A DNA stretch of 61,583 nucleotides, counting the filler, from Stramenopiles sp. TOSAG23-3 (Eukaryota): the NCBI GenBank assembly GCA_900128585.1. It is 12 parts of 12 records of this genome, joined end to end, with 100 filler letters (N's around TTAATTAATTAA, not from the genome) between each part and the next. Parts side by side here need not be neighbours in the genome. Positions count along the whole stretch, not along the records: positions 30,873 to 35,914 come from LT643629.1; positions 36,015 to 41,054 come from LT643630.1; positions 41,155 to 46,192 come from LT643631.1; 9 more parts are not named here. One strand, written 5' to 3'. The notes below the pieces were generated by a model. That model saw only the letters and a list, made by a program, of their open reading frames with translations, was not told the DNA's origin and made no database searches. Every line of letters begins with the position of its first letter. Position 1 is the first letter of the stretch. Below, piece by piece: positions 32,815-43,611 of this stretch. Position numbers and translations under genes: made by a program.

Positions 32815-35316
32815 ATGACTTCGGTACGCGTCGCCGTCCGCTGCCGCCCTTTTTCTCCCAAGGAGAAGGCCGAAAAATGCAATAGAATCATAGAAATGAG
32901 TGGTGCCTCGACGACCATAACTGAACCGTCGTGGTTTGAGAGAAAGGAGCAAATGGATGAGATCACAGCGGAGGACACAAAGCATATTTGGACAAAGTCG
33001 TTCGTATTCGACCACTCTTTCTGGAGCTTTTCAAAGTCCGACAGTGAGTTTGCGTCCCAGGAAGACGTGTTCAAAGAGGTCGGGTCCTTTGTTTTGGACA
33101 ATGCTCTCAATGCTTTCAACTGCTCTGTGTTCGCGTACGGCCAGACCGGCTCCGGAAAGTCCTACAGCATGATGGGGACCGGGGGACAAGTGTCGGACGC
33201 GCTGGACCCGGAGCAGCGGGGGCTTATTCCCCGGATATGCGAAGCCCTTTTCGAGCGCATCGATAGGAAGAAGAAGGCCGGCGCGGCGTCGGGGGATGAG
33301 GACGACGCTGAAAAGGGCGATGGAGGCGAGCCGGAGGGAGAGGATGAAACGGAATGGACTTTTTCAGTGACGTATTTAGAAATATATCGTGAGCGGGTGT
33401 ACGACCTGTTGTCGGGCGGCAACCAGGGCGGTGGGAACACGACGTTGAGTAGTTTGAAGGTCAGGGAGCACCCGACGAAAGGGGCCTACGCAGAAGGCCT
33501 GATGGAGAAAGGGGTTAGCTCGTATGATGACATCGAGCGGTGCATATTCGAAGGGAGCAAAGCGCGGACGGTGGCGTCGACAAACATGAACCTGGAGAGT
33601 TCACGCTCGCACGCCGTTTTCACAGTGATAATGAAGTCGGAGAACAAGAAAAAGGGCCTTCGGTCGGAGAGCAGGGTCCGGCTGGTCGATTTGGCGGGAA
33701 GCGAGCGGGCGAAAAAGTCTGGGGCGACAGGCGAGCGGTTGAAAGAGGGAAGCGACATTAACAAATCCCTGAGCTCTTTGTCCGAGGTCATCAAGGCCCT
33801 CGCGAACCGTTCGGAGACCGCGCAGGACGGGCAGCGGACGACCGACGGGTCCTCGGGGGAGACGGAGTACTTCATTCCCTACCGCAATTCCACGCTCACT
33901 TGGCTGCTGAAAGATTCGCTCGGGGGAAACGCAAAGACGGTCATGCTGGCGACGGTATCCCCGGCCGATTACCACTACGAAGAAACGATGAGCACCCTTA
34001 AGTACGTCGAGCGGGCAAAGAAAATCTTGTCGAACGTGACCCAAAACCAGATCCTGACAAGCTCGGAGCAGATCGCAAAGTTGAAGAAAGAAGTGGAGAT
34101 GTTGAAAGCCCAGCTGCAGGGGGCAGGGTTAGGGGACAGCGGCGGGATTTCTGGGAGTTACGGCGTCCTGGTCACGGAGATAAAGCAGGCCAACGAGAAA
34201 TTTAAGATGCTCCGGAAGAAGAGCGAGAGCGACCTAAAGCTGAAGACGAGGGCGTACAAGCAAACCATCGAAAAGCTTCGTGCCGCCCACGAGATTGAAA
34301 CCGACGAGCTGCGAAAAGGGTTTTTGGACAAGATGAACCGGATGAACACGCTGCACGGCCTGCAGTTGGAAGAGAGGAGTTCAACGCTGGAGAGCCTGAA
34401 ACAGGACAGCGAGGAGCAGAAAGGCACGGTACTGGCCCTGCAGGCGGAGATGGCGGAGAAGGACAAGAGGATAGAGCAGTTGCAGGCAAAACATTCCAGC
34501 ACGCTGGAGCAGTCGGTGAGCTCGGCGCAGCACGCCCGGGTGGTCAGCGAGGCCAAGGCCGTGGCAGAGAAGGGGACGAGGGAGAAACTAGAGCAGCTGA
34601 GGAAAATCACGGAAGACACGGCCTTTGCGAAGCTGAAAAAGTACGAGAACGACATAGGCTCTTTGAGAAAGGAGATGTTGCGGAAAGACGATGATTTTGG
34701 GAAGCAGAAGGTAAGCATGGTGCAGCAGCACTCCGACTTGAAAGAAAAGCTGGCAGCCCTCGAGGGGATGCTCGAGCACAGTAAGGAGCAGCACCAGCAG
34801 CACAAGGATAGAATCGAGCAGCAACAGGCCGAGCAGGTGAAGCAGTTGAGTTCCGAGCACGAGATCGCCATACGAAAGATACAGGAAGAGATGCAGAACA
34901 CGTTGATGGGCACCGTATCGACGATGAGGCAAGAGTTCAACGGGGAAATGGAGCGGATAGAGGAGCAAGGGCAGATGTCCTTGCAGGAAGCCTACAACAA
35001 GGCGAGCGAGCGGTTGGAGAACGAGCGGGTGGAGCACCGCCTGTCGGAGGAGAAGCTCAACGATACTATCCTGCAGCTGAGCGAGAAAGTGAAGGAGCTC
35101 TTGAACAAGCTAGTTGACGCTGAGAAGCGCCACCAAGACCAAGTTGCCTCTTGGGAAGAGCGGCTTCTTAGCGCTCAGATGCAGACTGCCCAGGCAATGA
35201 ATTTTCAAGTGGCAGTTGCCCGGGGCGAGTCTGACATTTCTTGGGTAACCAAGGCCACGGAAGTGGTGAGCAACGGCATCAAACGGTACACTGGCAGGGA
35301 GGCCGAGGACCTGTAG
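32815..35316 (+). CDS. Kinesin-3-like N-terminal motor protein with coiled-coil tail
   Basis: VRVAVRCRP, FVFDHSFWS, FAYGQTGSGKSYSMMG, LKVREHP, SSRSHAVF, LVDLAGSER, IPYRNSTLTWLLKDSLGGN; no FHA domain evident. Confidence 0.93.
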   Translation: MTSVRVAVRCRPFSPKEKAEKCNRIIEMSGASTTITEPSWFERKEQMDEITAEDTKHIWTKSFVFDHSFWSFSKSDSEFASQEDVFKEVGSFVLDNALNAFNCSVFAYGQTGSGKSYSMMGTGGQVSDALDPEQRGLIPRICEALFERIDRKKKAGAASGDEDDAEKGDGGEPEGEDETEWTFSVTYLEIYRERVYDLLSGGNQGGGNTTLSSLKVREHPTKGAYAEGLMEKGVSSYDDIERCIFEGSKARTVASTNMNLESSRSHAVFTVIMKSENKKKGLRSESRVRLVDLAGSERAKKSGATGERLKEGSDINKSLSSLSEVIKALANRSETAQDGQRTTDGSSGETEYFIPYRNSTLTWLLKDSLGGNAKTVMLATVSPADYHYEETMSTLKYVERAKKILSNVTQNQILTSSEQIAKLKKEVEMLKAQLQGAGLGDSGGISGSYGVLVTEIKQANEKFKMLRKKSESDLKLKTRAYKQTIEKLRAAHEIETDELRKGFLDKMNRMNTLHGLQLEERSSTLESLKQDSEEQKGTVLALQAEMAEKDKRIEQLQAKHSSTLEQSVSSAQHARVVSEAKAVAEKGTREKLEQLRKITEDTAFAKLKKYENDIGSLRKEMLRKDDDFGKQKVSMVQQHSDLKEKLAALEGMLEHSKEQHQQHKDRIEQQQAEQVKQLSSEHEIAIRKIQEEMQNTLMGTVSTMRQEFNGEMERIEEQGQMSLQEAYNKASERLENERVEHRLSEEKLNDTILQLSEKVKELLNKLVDAEKRHQDQVASWEERLLSAQMQTAQAMNFQVAVARGESDISWVTKATEVVSNGIKRYTGREAEDL

Positions 35317-35608
35317 CGGGGAAAGTATGCGAGCGTAGTCCTATAAGCCGTGTGTACGTGTAGTTCGTATAAAAATCTTCTTGCCTTGCAGCACAGCGAC
35401 AACCAAATATAATTCTTTAAGAATAATTAATTTTCTTATTGTGCTTGTAATTTGAAGTGTGTTGTTTGTTGTATTTGACAACGGTAAAACATACTATATA
35501 ATTTGTTTTTTTTTGACAACGAGCTTTGCTCTACGGGGAAGGCGAACAACAAACCACAAACGTTGCCACAAACCATGTCCTGGCAGATGCTGTCGTCGCC
35601 GCCGCCTC

Positions 35609-35914
35609 TTACAATAGGTTCAAGCCTTTCATGTGTTGAACAACGCTCTTTTCCACCATGAGCGCCTCGTCGTCGTTGCTGTCTAAGTTATAACTTACAA
35701 AAATGTGCTTTCCTGTGCGTTGCGACAGGCGCTGGGAGAGGGCTTCCGCTTTTGCGTCAAACGCACCGTCCATAATCGTCGTTGTCAAGGGCCTCGTTTC
35801 GTCGTACTTGCTGTTGCAGGAAGTGACCAAGTTGACCATGACCATCTCCGCAGGGTTGCCGCCCTTTCCTAACCACACGTACATGCTACCTACCATCTGC
35901 AGCACTTGGCAGGA
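35609..35914 (-). CDS. PSMG4: Proteasome assembly chaperone 4, 5'-partial
   Basis: SMYVWLG...LTTTIM...ALSQRLSQRTGKHIFVSYNL...MVEK. Confidence 0.8.
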   Translation of the reverse strand, partial: SCQVLQMVGSMYVWLGKGGNPAEMVMVNLVTSCNSKYDETRPLTTTIMDGAFDAKAEALSQRLSQRTGKHIFVSYNLDSNDDEALMVEKSVVQHMKGLNLL

Positions 35915-36882
35915 NNNNNNNNNNNNNNNNNNNNNNNNNNNNNNNNNNNNNNNNNNNNTTAATTAATTAANNNNNNNNNNNNNNNNNNNNNNNNNNNNNN
36001 NNNNNNNNNNNNNNTATCGGCCGATTTCTACACGGAAGCGGTAGCAACGCAACAATTGGCTGTCCATGTAAATAGGAATAAAAGAGAGGGGAGGGAGTAG
36101 TGCAAACACACGATGTTGTCGGCAGGGGGGTGAAAAGGAAGTGGTATTATTTGAAACATCACCACTTGGGAACGTCCGAAATCGCTTACGGTTGGACCAT
36201 GAGCTAAATAAACTACGTTTGTATTGATTGCTATTATTATTATTATTAAAAACTGCAACAAGATCACAAGGAGAGACTTTTTTGTTTTTTATTTTATATG
36301 ATCGATGATGAGATGATGTTGTATTTTTTTATTTTGATTGATGATGATGACGGCGTTCTTCGGCGGCGGAGCAGGAAGAAGAAGGTGGTGTTTTTTTCTA
36401 ATATTAAGGTATTTCGTATTATTTCAGTATTTTATTTACTTCTAATATAAATACATACATAATATATGATCTATATATATCGATAGAATACGATTTAATA
36501 AAATATTATTTCCACATATCCTTAATAAAAGAGTTGGTGTATCCAGAAGAAGAAGAAGAAAGAAGATGCAAAACGACTACTACTACTATTTTCTGAATCA
36601 ACAATCATCCTTCTTCTTCTTCATCCATTGTTGTTTTTCATAAAAAATAATAAAAATAAATAAAAAATAATAATAATAATAAAATTGGTATTAATAAAAT
36701 TGGTATAATAAACTACTAATAATAATTAAAAGAGTAGTAGCCAATATAAGTTGTAGAAGAAATTGAACAAAATAATTATTAAAAGTAAACGTTTGTCATA
36801 AAGAACGAAACCGTCAATAATCATAATATTGCTTATTTCAAGAAGACAAGAGAACGCCCATCGATGATAAGATAGTTAGAAC

Positions 36883-38946
36883 ATGGCGTCTGACACAGTA
36901 ATTGATTTAGTCTCGAGCTCGGATGAAGAGGCCCCGGCTGATCCTCCAGCGGGAAACGCATCCACCAGTTCGAGAAAACGCCGAAGGTCAGGTTCGAACG
37001 AGGCCATGCAGCAATCAGGTGAAAAGATGAACCCGGCAAAAAAAATGCGAATCAAGCTGACATTTTCTAGAAAAGGAAACCCACATCGTGCCGACCGGAG
37101 CTCGGCGTCTCTTCCAAAGTCGAAACCGCAGCCTTCACCTCCCTCCGCAAACGGGGCGGTGAGAGCCCCTGCCAACGGGAGCAGTGCGGGCGGGGGAAAG
37201 ACTAAGTTTAAGCCTGTTGCAACGTTTTCGATCCCAGCCAAGATCTACAACTGTCCCATGATGTTTGACGTGGCCCAGAGCAGTTTCCACCACGAAGTTG
37301 TGCCCCAGTTGTCAGAAACCCAGGGAATCGACAACGTGGTATCCCAGTGCTTTCGTCTGGTGCACTTGAAGGCCGCGCAAGTCCCGGAAATCCGAACGCT
37401 GGAGCTGCTGCTGGACGTGGGCTTGACTTTTTACCCCGTGCCGTCGTCGGTATGGCGCCTCTTACATTATATGTTGGAGAATTTTCCCGAGTACACCGTG
37501 CAGATAGAGGCCAACAAACCCCGCGACAGACTGCTGGAGCGTATTTTGAACACGATCACGAAGAACATGAAAACGGTGAGCGGGAAAAGCGAGGGTTTCA
37601 ACAATTACATGAAGCCTTTGTCGTTTTTCAAAGCATTGCTAGAGGCCGAAGTCCCGTACCTGGAGGACAGGCGCCGTTATAGATACGAAAAAAAGGGCCG
37701 GCGGCGACCCTTGGAATGGTACAACCAAGAAAGTAGCATGGGCCGAATGGGAGTGGCCTTGGGGGTGTTCTGGCTCTCGATTGACGAAGCGACCGTGCCG
37801 CCAGAAGCGTTGGCGAACTGTACAAACTACAAACATCATCCCGTCGTGTTTTCTGTCCAGAACACGACGTCTATAATACTTCGACTCTTGAAGGAAGCGT
37901 GGAACCTTGGCAGAGTTCACTGGGGACAAGTTGGGACGAAGGAGTTCGATACCCCCTTTCCAGACCGCCGCGCCTACTACAAAGGCAAACAGAGCTGGCC
38001 CTTGAAAAACATGACGGACAAGTTCCTGTGGGATATTGGTCTCGCGTACACGAAACTGTCGCGCAAGGTTGCCCACGTTTTTGAAGCGACAGTCGGCAAC
38101 GAGGTTAAGCGGAACATTACCGTGTTTGCCAGCGAAATATCGCTGTCTTGGCTGAACTCTAGCCAGACGGAGGCTATGGAATCCGCTACCACGACCGGTC
38201 CAGGGAAGGGAGACGGGCTGGGGGGAAAGTCCCCCGCGTTGGCGCCACTGAACCCTGTTGGTGCGATCAATCGGGGCTTCGTGAACGCGTCCGTCCCCTC
38301 ACTTTCGGTTGAGACTCCAGAGCCGAGACTTGCCCCCCGTTCGGAACTGCCCGAAGGGTCGCGGCCGTTCGACGCGTCGCACTTTCAGCCCCGGGTACAG
38401 TGCAAGGCGAAAGCAAAAGGTGACCGGGCCAAAACGGGCGAGAGCTATCCGTTGAAAGCTCGCATTCATGAGACGGGGCCCAGCTCGATCACTGTGAGCC
38501 CTCGGCCTGTGGATGGCCTGTATTTAGTCCCCATCGTCGACGAGTCGTTCCAGCTGAAATGGATACCGAGCCAACTCCGCGTTGCTCTGTACCGGAATGG
38601 AGGCGTGAGCAAACGCAACGAGCAAGTGATCGCCGCGAAGATCCAGTACCGGAAGAGAATCGATGCGTGTTGGAACCGGGTAGTCCTGTCCGCTGCGTCA
38701 AAAAGTACAATTGTGAAGGGAATTTTGTCGGAAGAGGAAGACGCGTTCAATGTAAAGTTGCCGATCGAACATTTTACGACATGTTTTCAGGAGCAGCTTG
38801 AGACCGAGGCCGGGACAAACATGTTTTCACGGGCTGCCATTGTGAAAAAGACGGATTTGGGTGACATTAAGAACGACTTCAAGGCCTACAGCCTGGTATC
38901 GCACACGGATTTTGTATGGACGATCGAACGGTACCGTCCCGTGTGA
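36883..38946 (+). CDS. Nuclear hypothetical protein with SUMO-interacting motif; possibly SIMC1/SLF1/Nse5-like
   Basis: N-terminal VIDLVSSSDEE (SIM plus acidic patch), RKRRR NLS, then a helical domain. CDS is clear; family call is tentative. Confidence 0.7.
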   Translation: MASDTVIDLVSSSDEEAPADPPAGNASTSSRKRRRSGSNEAMQQSGEKMNPAKKMRIKLTFSRKGNPHRADRSSASLPKSKPQPSPPSANGAVRAPANGSSAGGGKTKFKPVATFSIPAKIYNCPMMFDVAQSSFHHEVVPQLSETQGIDNVVSQCFRLVHLKAAQVPEIRTLELLLDVGLTFYPVPSSVWRLLHYMLENFPEYTVQIEANKPRDRLLERILNTITKNMKTVSGKSEGFNNYMKPLSFFKALLEAEVPYLEDRRRYRYEKKGRRRPLEWYNQESSMGRMGVALGVFWLSIDEATVPPEALANCTNYKHHPVVFSVQNTTSIILRLLKEAWNLGRVHWGQVGTKEFDTPFPDRRAYYKGKQSWPLKNMTDKFLWDIGLAYTKLSRKVAHVFEATVGNEVKRNITVFASEISLSWLNSSQTEAMESATTTGPGKGDGLGGKSPALAPLNPVGAINRGFVNASVPSLSVETPEPRLAPRSELPEGSRPFDASHFQPRVQCKAKAKGDRAKTGESYPLKARIHETGPSSITVSPRPVDGLYLVPIVDESFQLKWIPSQLRVALYRNGGVSKRNEQVIAAKIQYRKRIDACWNRVVLSAASKSTIVKGILSEEEDAFNVKLPIEHFTTCFQEQLETEAGTNMFSRAAIVKKTDLGDIKNDFKAYSLVSHTDFVWTIERYRPV

Positions 38947-39315
38947 GGTGACACGAAAAGGAAGAAGGGTTAGAAGGCTGGAAGGAGGTTGAGAACAGCA
39001 CGCCGTTCCTTAGCTTCTCCTTTAAGAACCGAGAAAAAAAACTAAAATTCACTTTATCCAAATTATTACAGGTACAAAAAGGTTAAATTAGCTGAAAAGC
39101 TTTATTTATTTTTTTAAATAAAGCCAAAAATAATATGGAACAAAGAGAGTAACAACAACTACCACACTTTCTCCTCGTCGGTACTGTTCTTTGGTTTGAT
39201 TATAACCTGAAACAGGAGTTTGTTTCAACAATTGGGCGCACGCGCGTGCGTGTGAGGGGACTTACCACCTGACTTCTAATAGCCTGTCGTAATCAACCGC
39301 CTCTTCCTCCACAAA

Positions 39316-39618
39316 TTACATTGGGGGGGCGGGCACCCATTGTTGCTGCACAATAACTAAATACTCTGAGTGAACGCCAATGAGGAGTTCTTTGGACTGA
39401 GTGCGGAGCCTGAAGAAATTTAAGTCATCCGTAGGGTCTAAATCTCTCACCACGCCTCTAGCCAAACGAGCTAACTTTGCAAGCATCTCGCCGTGCATGT
39501 CTGAATCTTCGGAGACTGGGTGAGACCTCAAGACTTCATTTCCTTTCCCAAGAATGATGTAGCGCTCGGACCCTTTATGATTCTTGATCCGTTCGATGAT
39601 TTCTTCAATTTCGGACAT
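39316..39618 (-). CDS. DYNLRB: Dynein light chain roadblock (LC7)
   Basis: MSEIEEIIERIKNHKG...ARGVVRDLDPTDDLNFFRLRT...ELLI...YLVIVQQ. Confidence 0.92.
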   Translation of the reverse strand: MSEIEEIIERIKNHKGSERYIILGKGNEVLRSHPVSEDSDMHGEMLAKLARLARGVVRDLDPTDDLNFFRLRTQSKELLIGVHSEYLVIVQQQWVPAPPM

Positions 39619-40305
39619 TGTCTTCTCTCGCTCTTTATATGGACAAAACAGGAATATATAATATATGTATTGAACGCAAACAAGATTACTTTTTGTTCCT
39701 ACGTGTAAGCAATGTAACAAACAAAAACGCGAAGTGGAGACCCGTGAAACTTCAATACAACTCTTTCCGCAGTGAACACTGAACCCGAAAAGTTTACTAT
39801 TTTTGCCATTAAAATGTTCTTGCTTTGCATTTCTCTTCTTCTTTCTCCCTATTTATATCTTACCTCTATTAGTTATTATTATATCTGATTCGCCTGTCCT
39901 CCTCTCTTCTTCGAATTATTTAAATTTCATTTTTATAATAAAGAATGTAATTGTATTTATTAAGTTTAACTATCTAGAGTCTGTGGCTACCTATAAATAA
40001 TACAAATGTATACAATACTCATGTAACTTACGTTTTCATAGACTTGTACTATGTGTGCAACGGTATTTACTTACTCACTCATAATTTCATACTAATCTAG
40101 ATAAATACTATAGAATCGATAGGAATATATAGGATCATGATATAAATAAATCTTTAAAAAATTTGAATATTAATAAATAAGAAGAAATATCGTTCCTTCT
40201 CCTTCTCTCTCTCCCTCGTATTTATACGATGATATATAATAGTCAAGTCATCAGTTCAATAATAAATTAAATGAAGCATCACACAAGGACACAAGTCAGT
40301 CGCAT

Positions 40306-40624
40306 TGACCATCGACCATCGATCCGATCATCCGATCATCCGATCCCCGCCAACCCTCCTGCCCTGTGCCCTGTGCCCTGTGCCCTGTGCCCTGTGCCCT
40401 GGTTGTTATATTAAATTACGAGGAGATATTAGAGTTCCTAGAGTTCGTCTACGTAATAGATAGCTTTCTTAGACTACATACAGTAACACTCTAAACTTTA
40501 CTTTTATTATTATAGGAGATATGAGATAGGAGGAGAAAGAAGAAAAGTTGTAGATTACATCAAAGGTTGTGCGTGTGAGATGTGAGATGTGAGATGTGAG
40601 AGAGCACAGAGCACAGAGCACAGA
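40306..40624 (+). repeat. Cluster of short 7-8-mer tandem repeats
   Basis: (ATCCGATC)n near 40322-40345, (GCCCTGT)n 40361-40400, (GTGAGAT)n 40575-40600, (AGAGCAC)n 40601-40624. Confidence 0.85.
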
Positions 40625-41236
40625 AGAAAAGAGTGATGAGTTTCACAAATTATTAGACTACCGTATAGTATAGGTATAATATTAATATACATTTTTTATA
40701 AATATTTATACGTAGTAATATGGTTTTGTTGTTGCACTTTTTTTTTTTGGTTTCCTTTTTTTTTATTTTTCTTGTTGTTCTTTTTTTCTTCTTCTTCTTC
40801 GTCGTCTTTTTTTTTTTTTTTCTTCTTTTTTTTTTTATTAAATAATAATAAGAAGAAGAAGTTCGTTCAGCTAATCATTGTAAAATAACTATAATAAATA
40901 TACATATATACAAAATGTTTCACACAGAAATATTGGAATTAATTTATCTGATGTATGATTCGATTTGTACATTGATATTGATCGAACGATTGATTGGATT
41001 TGTTGACCAGATAGGTTGGCCAAATTGCATTTACTTATTTCTCCGTCCCTTCCANNNNNNNNNNNNNNNNNNNNNNNNNNNNNNNNNNNNNNNNNNNNTT
41101 AATTAATTAANNNNNNNNNNNNNNNNNNNNNNNNNNNNNNNNNNNNNNNNNNNNCATTGTTGGTTGTCAATCACCGAGGGGATGATATATTTTCCAATGA
41201 ACGATTTGATTCCATTTGTCCATTAACGTCCTCATC

Positions 41237-41501
41237 CAAGAAAATTGGCTGTTATTTTTTTTAACAAGAAAATTAATTCACAACTGTAGAGATCAGTTTG
41301 CAGTACATGAAGGAATGTAAACCTTTAATGGATAAAAGTTGAGTAGATTCATTTTCGCGGTATACGAGGAAGGTAAATTTTAATTACACTCTAAATTGCA
41401 GCCAATTTTCTGTTTTTAATTAATGTACTGTGCGAAACACTGAACTCTACTGGTGTGATTTTAGTAATCATATGATATATCCTTGTCACTTAGTCTTGAC
41501 T
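41237..41501. mobile_element. MITE-like copy with inverted ends, followed by further family sequence
   Basis: CAAGAAAATTGGCTG at 41237 and inverted CAGCCAATTTTCT at 41399-41411; 41300-41324 is the near reverse complement of 21772-21797; 41481-41501 matches 21838-21858. Confidence 0.65.
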
Positions 41502-41560
41502 CTATATATCATTATAAGAAGATAATTTAAAATTTTAATTAATGAAGATATATAGAACGA

Positions 41561-42844
41561 CTACGCGCGCGCTAGCACGCGTTCCACCTCACCTTGCCAG
41601 AAGGCCTCTTCCTTTACTTGGTTCTTCATCCACTTCTGGTGGCGCTCAATTTGGCCCTCTCGCCGGGTTTTTGCAATGTACTCCTGTCGATGGTAGCGGG
41701 GGCACAGCCAGCGGCCAAAGAGCGTCCCGAGCGCTCCGCCAAATGTGGTGCCGAGTGCACCGCCCGCCAAAACGCCCACAAACAACAAGTCGCTGCCCAG
41801 TGGCAAACCAATATAGCCGACGAGAACACCGATAGGTCCGCCGACAAGCAATCCGCTTAGTGTTTCAGTTCCTCTCGAGGGCTTGGGGCTCACCACCGCA
41901 ACGAGGCTGCTGTCGATTCCAGAGACGAAGCAGTTGTATGGCCCAGTGGAATTGGCCATGGTGTATTCGCACACGAAGCACGGGAGGTAGACCACGCCAT
42001 GGTCTGCGAGCGAGGGGTTTTGTATCTCCGCGACCACGTCCGTGACGTAGCTTCCACCGGTGAGGAGATTCCAGCCGCGACCGGTCTTTGCGGGGACGCG
42101 GATACTCTGAAGCCATTTCGGGTGGTCCCTCAACGGCCCCAACACCCACTGAGAATAAAACTCCAGGTGGTCGTAGCGTCGCGCATCCCATGCCTTTCTT
42201 ATCGCCACGTCGACGACCGTATTCAGCCTCTGACGCACGAGCTCGTACGCAAACGACGGCAACATGGCGAAGGCGCTTCTATGCGTCCGCTCAAACACGG
42301 CACTTCGCGCCTTCGCGATACAGGACTGCACGAGCGCGGCGTCGTCGTCGAGAGGACGCGTAGAGGGCGGCGCGTCGGCCGCGTCGAGCGGCAGTGGGGA
42401 CGCCACACTTCTCCCGTCTGTGAGTAGCGCATCCTCGACGTAGGATGCAGGGTACTCGAATCCAGCATATACGGCCATGGTGCGGGCATCACCAACGCCC
42501 ATGCCCCCCACCTCGATCTTGATGCCCCTGCGGGCAAATATCTTTTGCTCACGTTTGTTGCTGTACTCGTGGACGCCCGTGAATGTGCCGTGCAGCTGGC
42601 ACTGGAACACGTAAAACGGCAGGAACAGCGGAGTGATCTTCTGCAAGTCACAGCTCGACGATTCTGCCCACGAAGCGAAGACAGCACGCGCGGCTCCCTC
42701 ATCAACGCTGAATGGCACTACCCACTGCGACCGTCCGGGTTGACCACCCCCACGCGCACCTTGGAGGCGAGCTTTGCTGATGTCGGTGCTGAGGAGGCGA
42801 CGGGGGGGCGTAGAAAGGCATCGGCGGATCCTTGTGGCGATCAT
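41561..42844 (-). CDS. Conserved hypothetical membrane protein, likely mitochondrial
   Basis: R/S-rich presequence MIATRIRRCLST..RRLLS; VPFSVD..AA...F..W, FLPFYVF, YAGFEY, VYLPCFV.EY, FVSG; Gly-rich TM pair near the C-terminus. Confidence 0.7.
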   Translation of the reverse strand: MIATRIRRCLSTPPRRLLSTDISKARLQGARGGGQPGRSQWVVPFSVDEGAARAVFASWAESSSCDLQKITPLFLPFYVFQCQLHGTFTGVHEYSNKREQKIFARRGIKIEVGGMGVGDARTMAVYAGFEYPASYVEDALLTDGRSVASPLPLDAADAPPSTRPLDDDAALVQSCIAKARSAVFERTHRSAFAMLPSFAYELVRQRLNTVVDVAIRKAWDARRYDHLEFYSQWVLGPLRDHPKWLQSIRVPAKTGRGWNLLTGGSYVTDVVAEIQNPSLADHGVVYLPCFVCEYTMANSTGPYNCFVSGIDSSLVAVVSPKPSRGTETLSGLLVGGPIGVLVGYIGLPLGSDLLFVGVLAGGALGTTFGGALGTLFGRWLCPRYHRQEYIAKTRREGQIERHQKWMKNQVKEEAFWQGEVERVLARA

Positions 42845-43611
42845 CAGGAAGAGCTGCTTGATCTGTCCTCGGGCAGCATGTTGGAGTGCTCTCTTTTGCT
42901 CTACCCCTCTCGGCAATAAATTTAAATTTGCGTAAACCCTAGACTATATATATTAAATAACATAAATTAGTCTGTCTAGTAGACTATTTCGGTGCGGCGG
43001 TAGACTACGAGGACGGGACGGTACCTACCAGATACCGGACTTGGAATGATCAACTACTCAACCGATTGGTATTATACTCTGTTGTTATTTGAAATTCGAA
43101 GAAGAAGAAGAAAGAAGAATGCGAATGCTGCTGTGGTGGTGCTGTGGTGGTGAGGAGTGGTGAAGAAAGAAAGAAAAAAGAAGAAAGAAGAAGAAGAAGA
43201 GAGAAGAAGAAGAGAAGAAGAGAGAAGAAGGCTTTTTTTCCTTTGTCTGTGTTGTTGTATTAAATATTATCCTCGTCATACCTTATGTCTTCTTTCTTCG
43301 TTCTTCTCTTCTCTCTTTCTTTCATCATCATCGATCATGCATTCATTATTATTAATTATAGAATTATATTTTATTATTATTTTATTCAAATAAAATATAA
43401 TAATATTATTTCATATATAGTACAGTATTATATCTATTTTCTTTTCCCAAATGTGTAGATTTAAATTATTTCTTCAAATGTTTCTACCCCCTCCCCCCCC
43501 CACTATCCTTGCGGCCTTTGTTTTCATCGATTGTTTTTTCTCTTTGTTTGTTATTTTACACTGGTCTGTTTGCGTGTGACCCATCCACCAGCGGTTCGGG
43601 AATCGCCCGGA

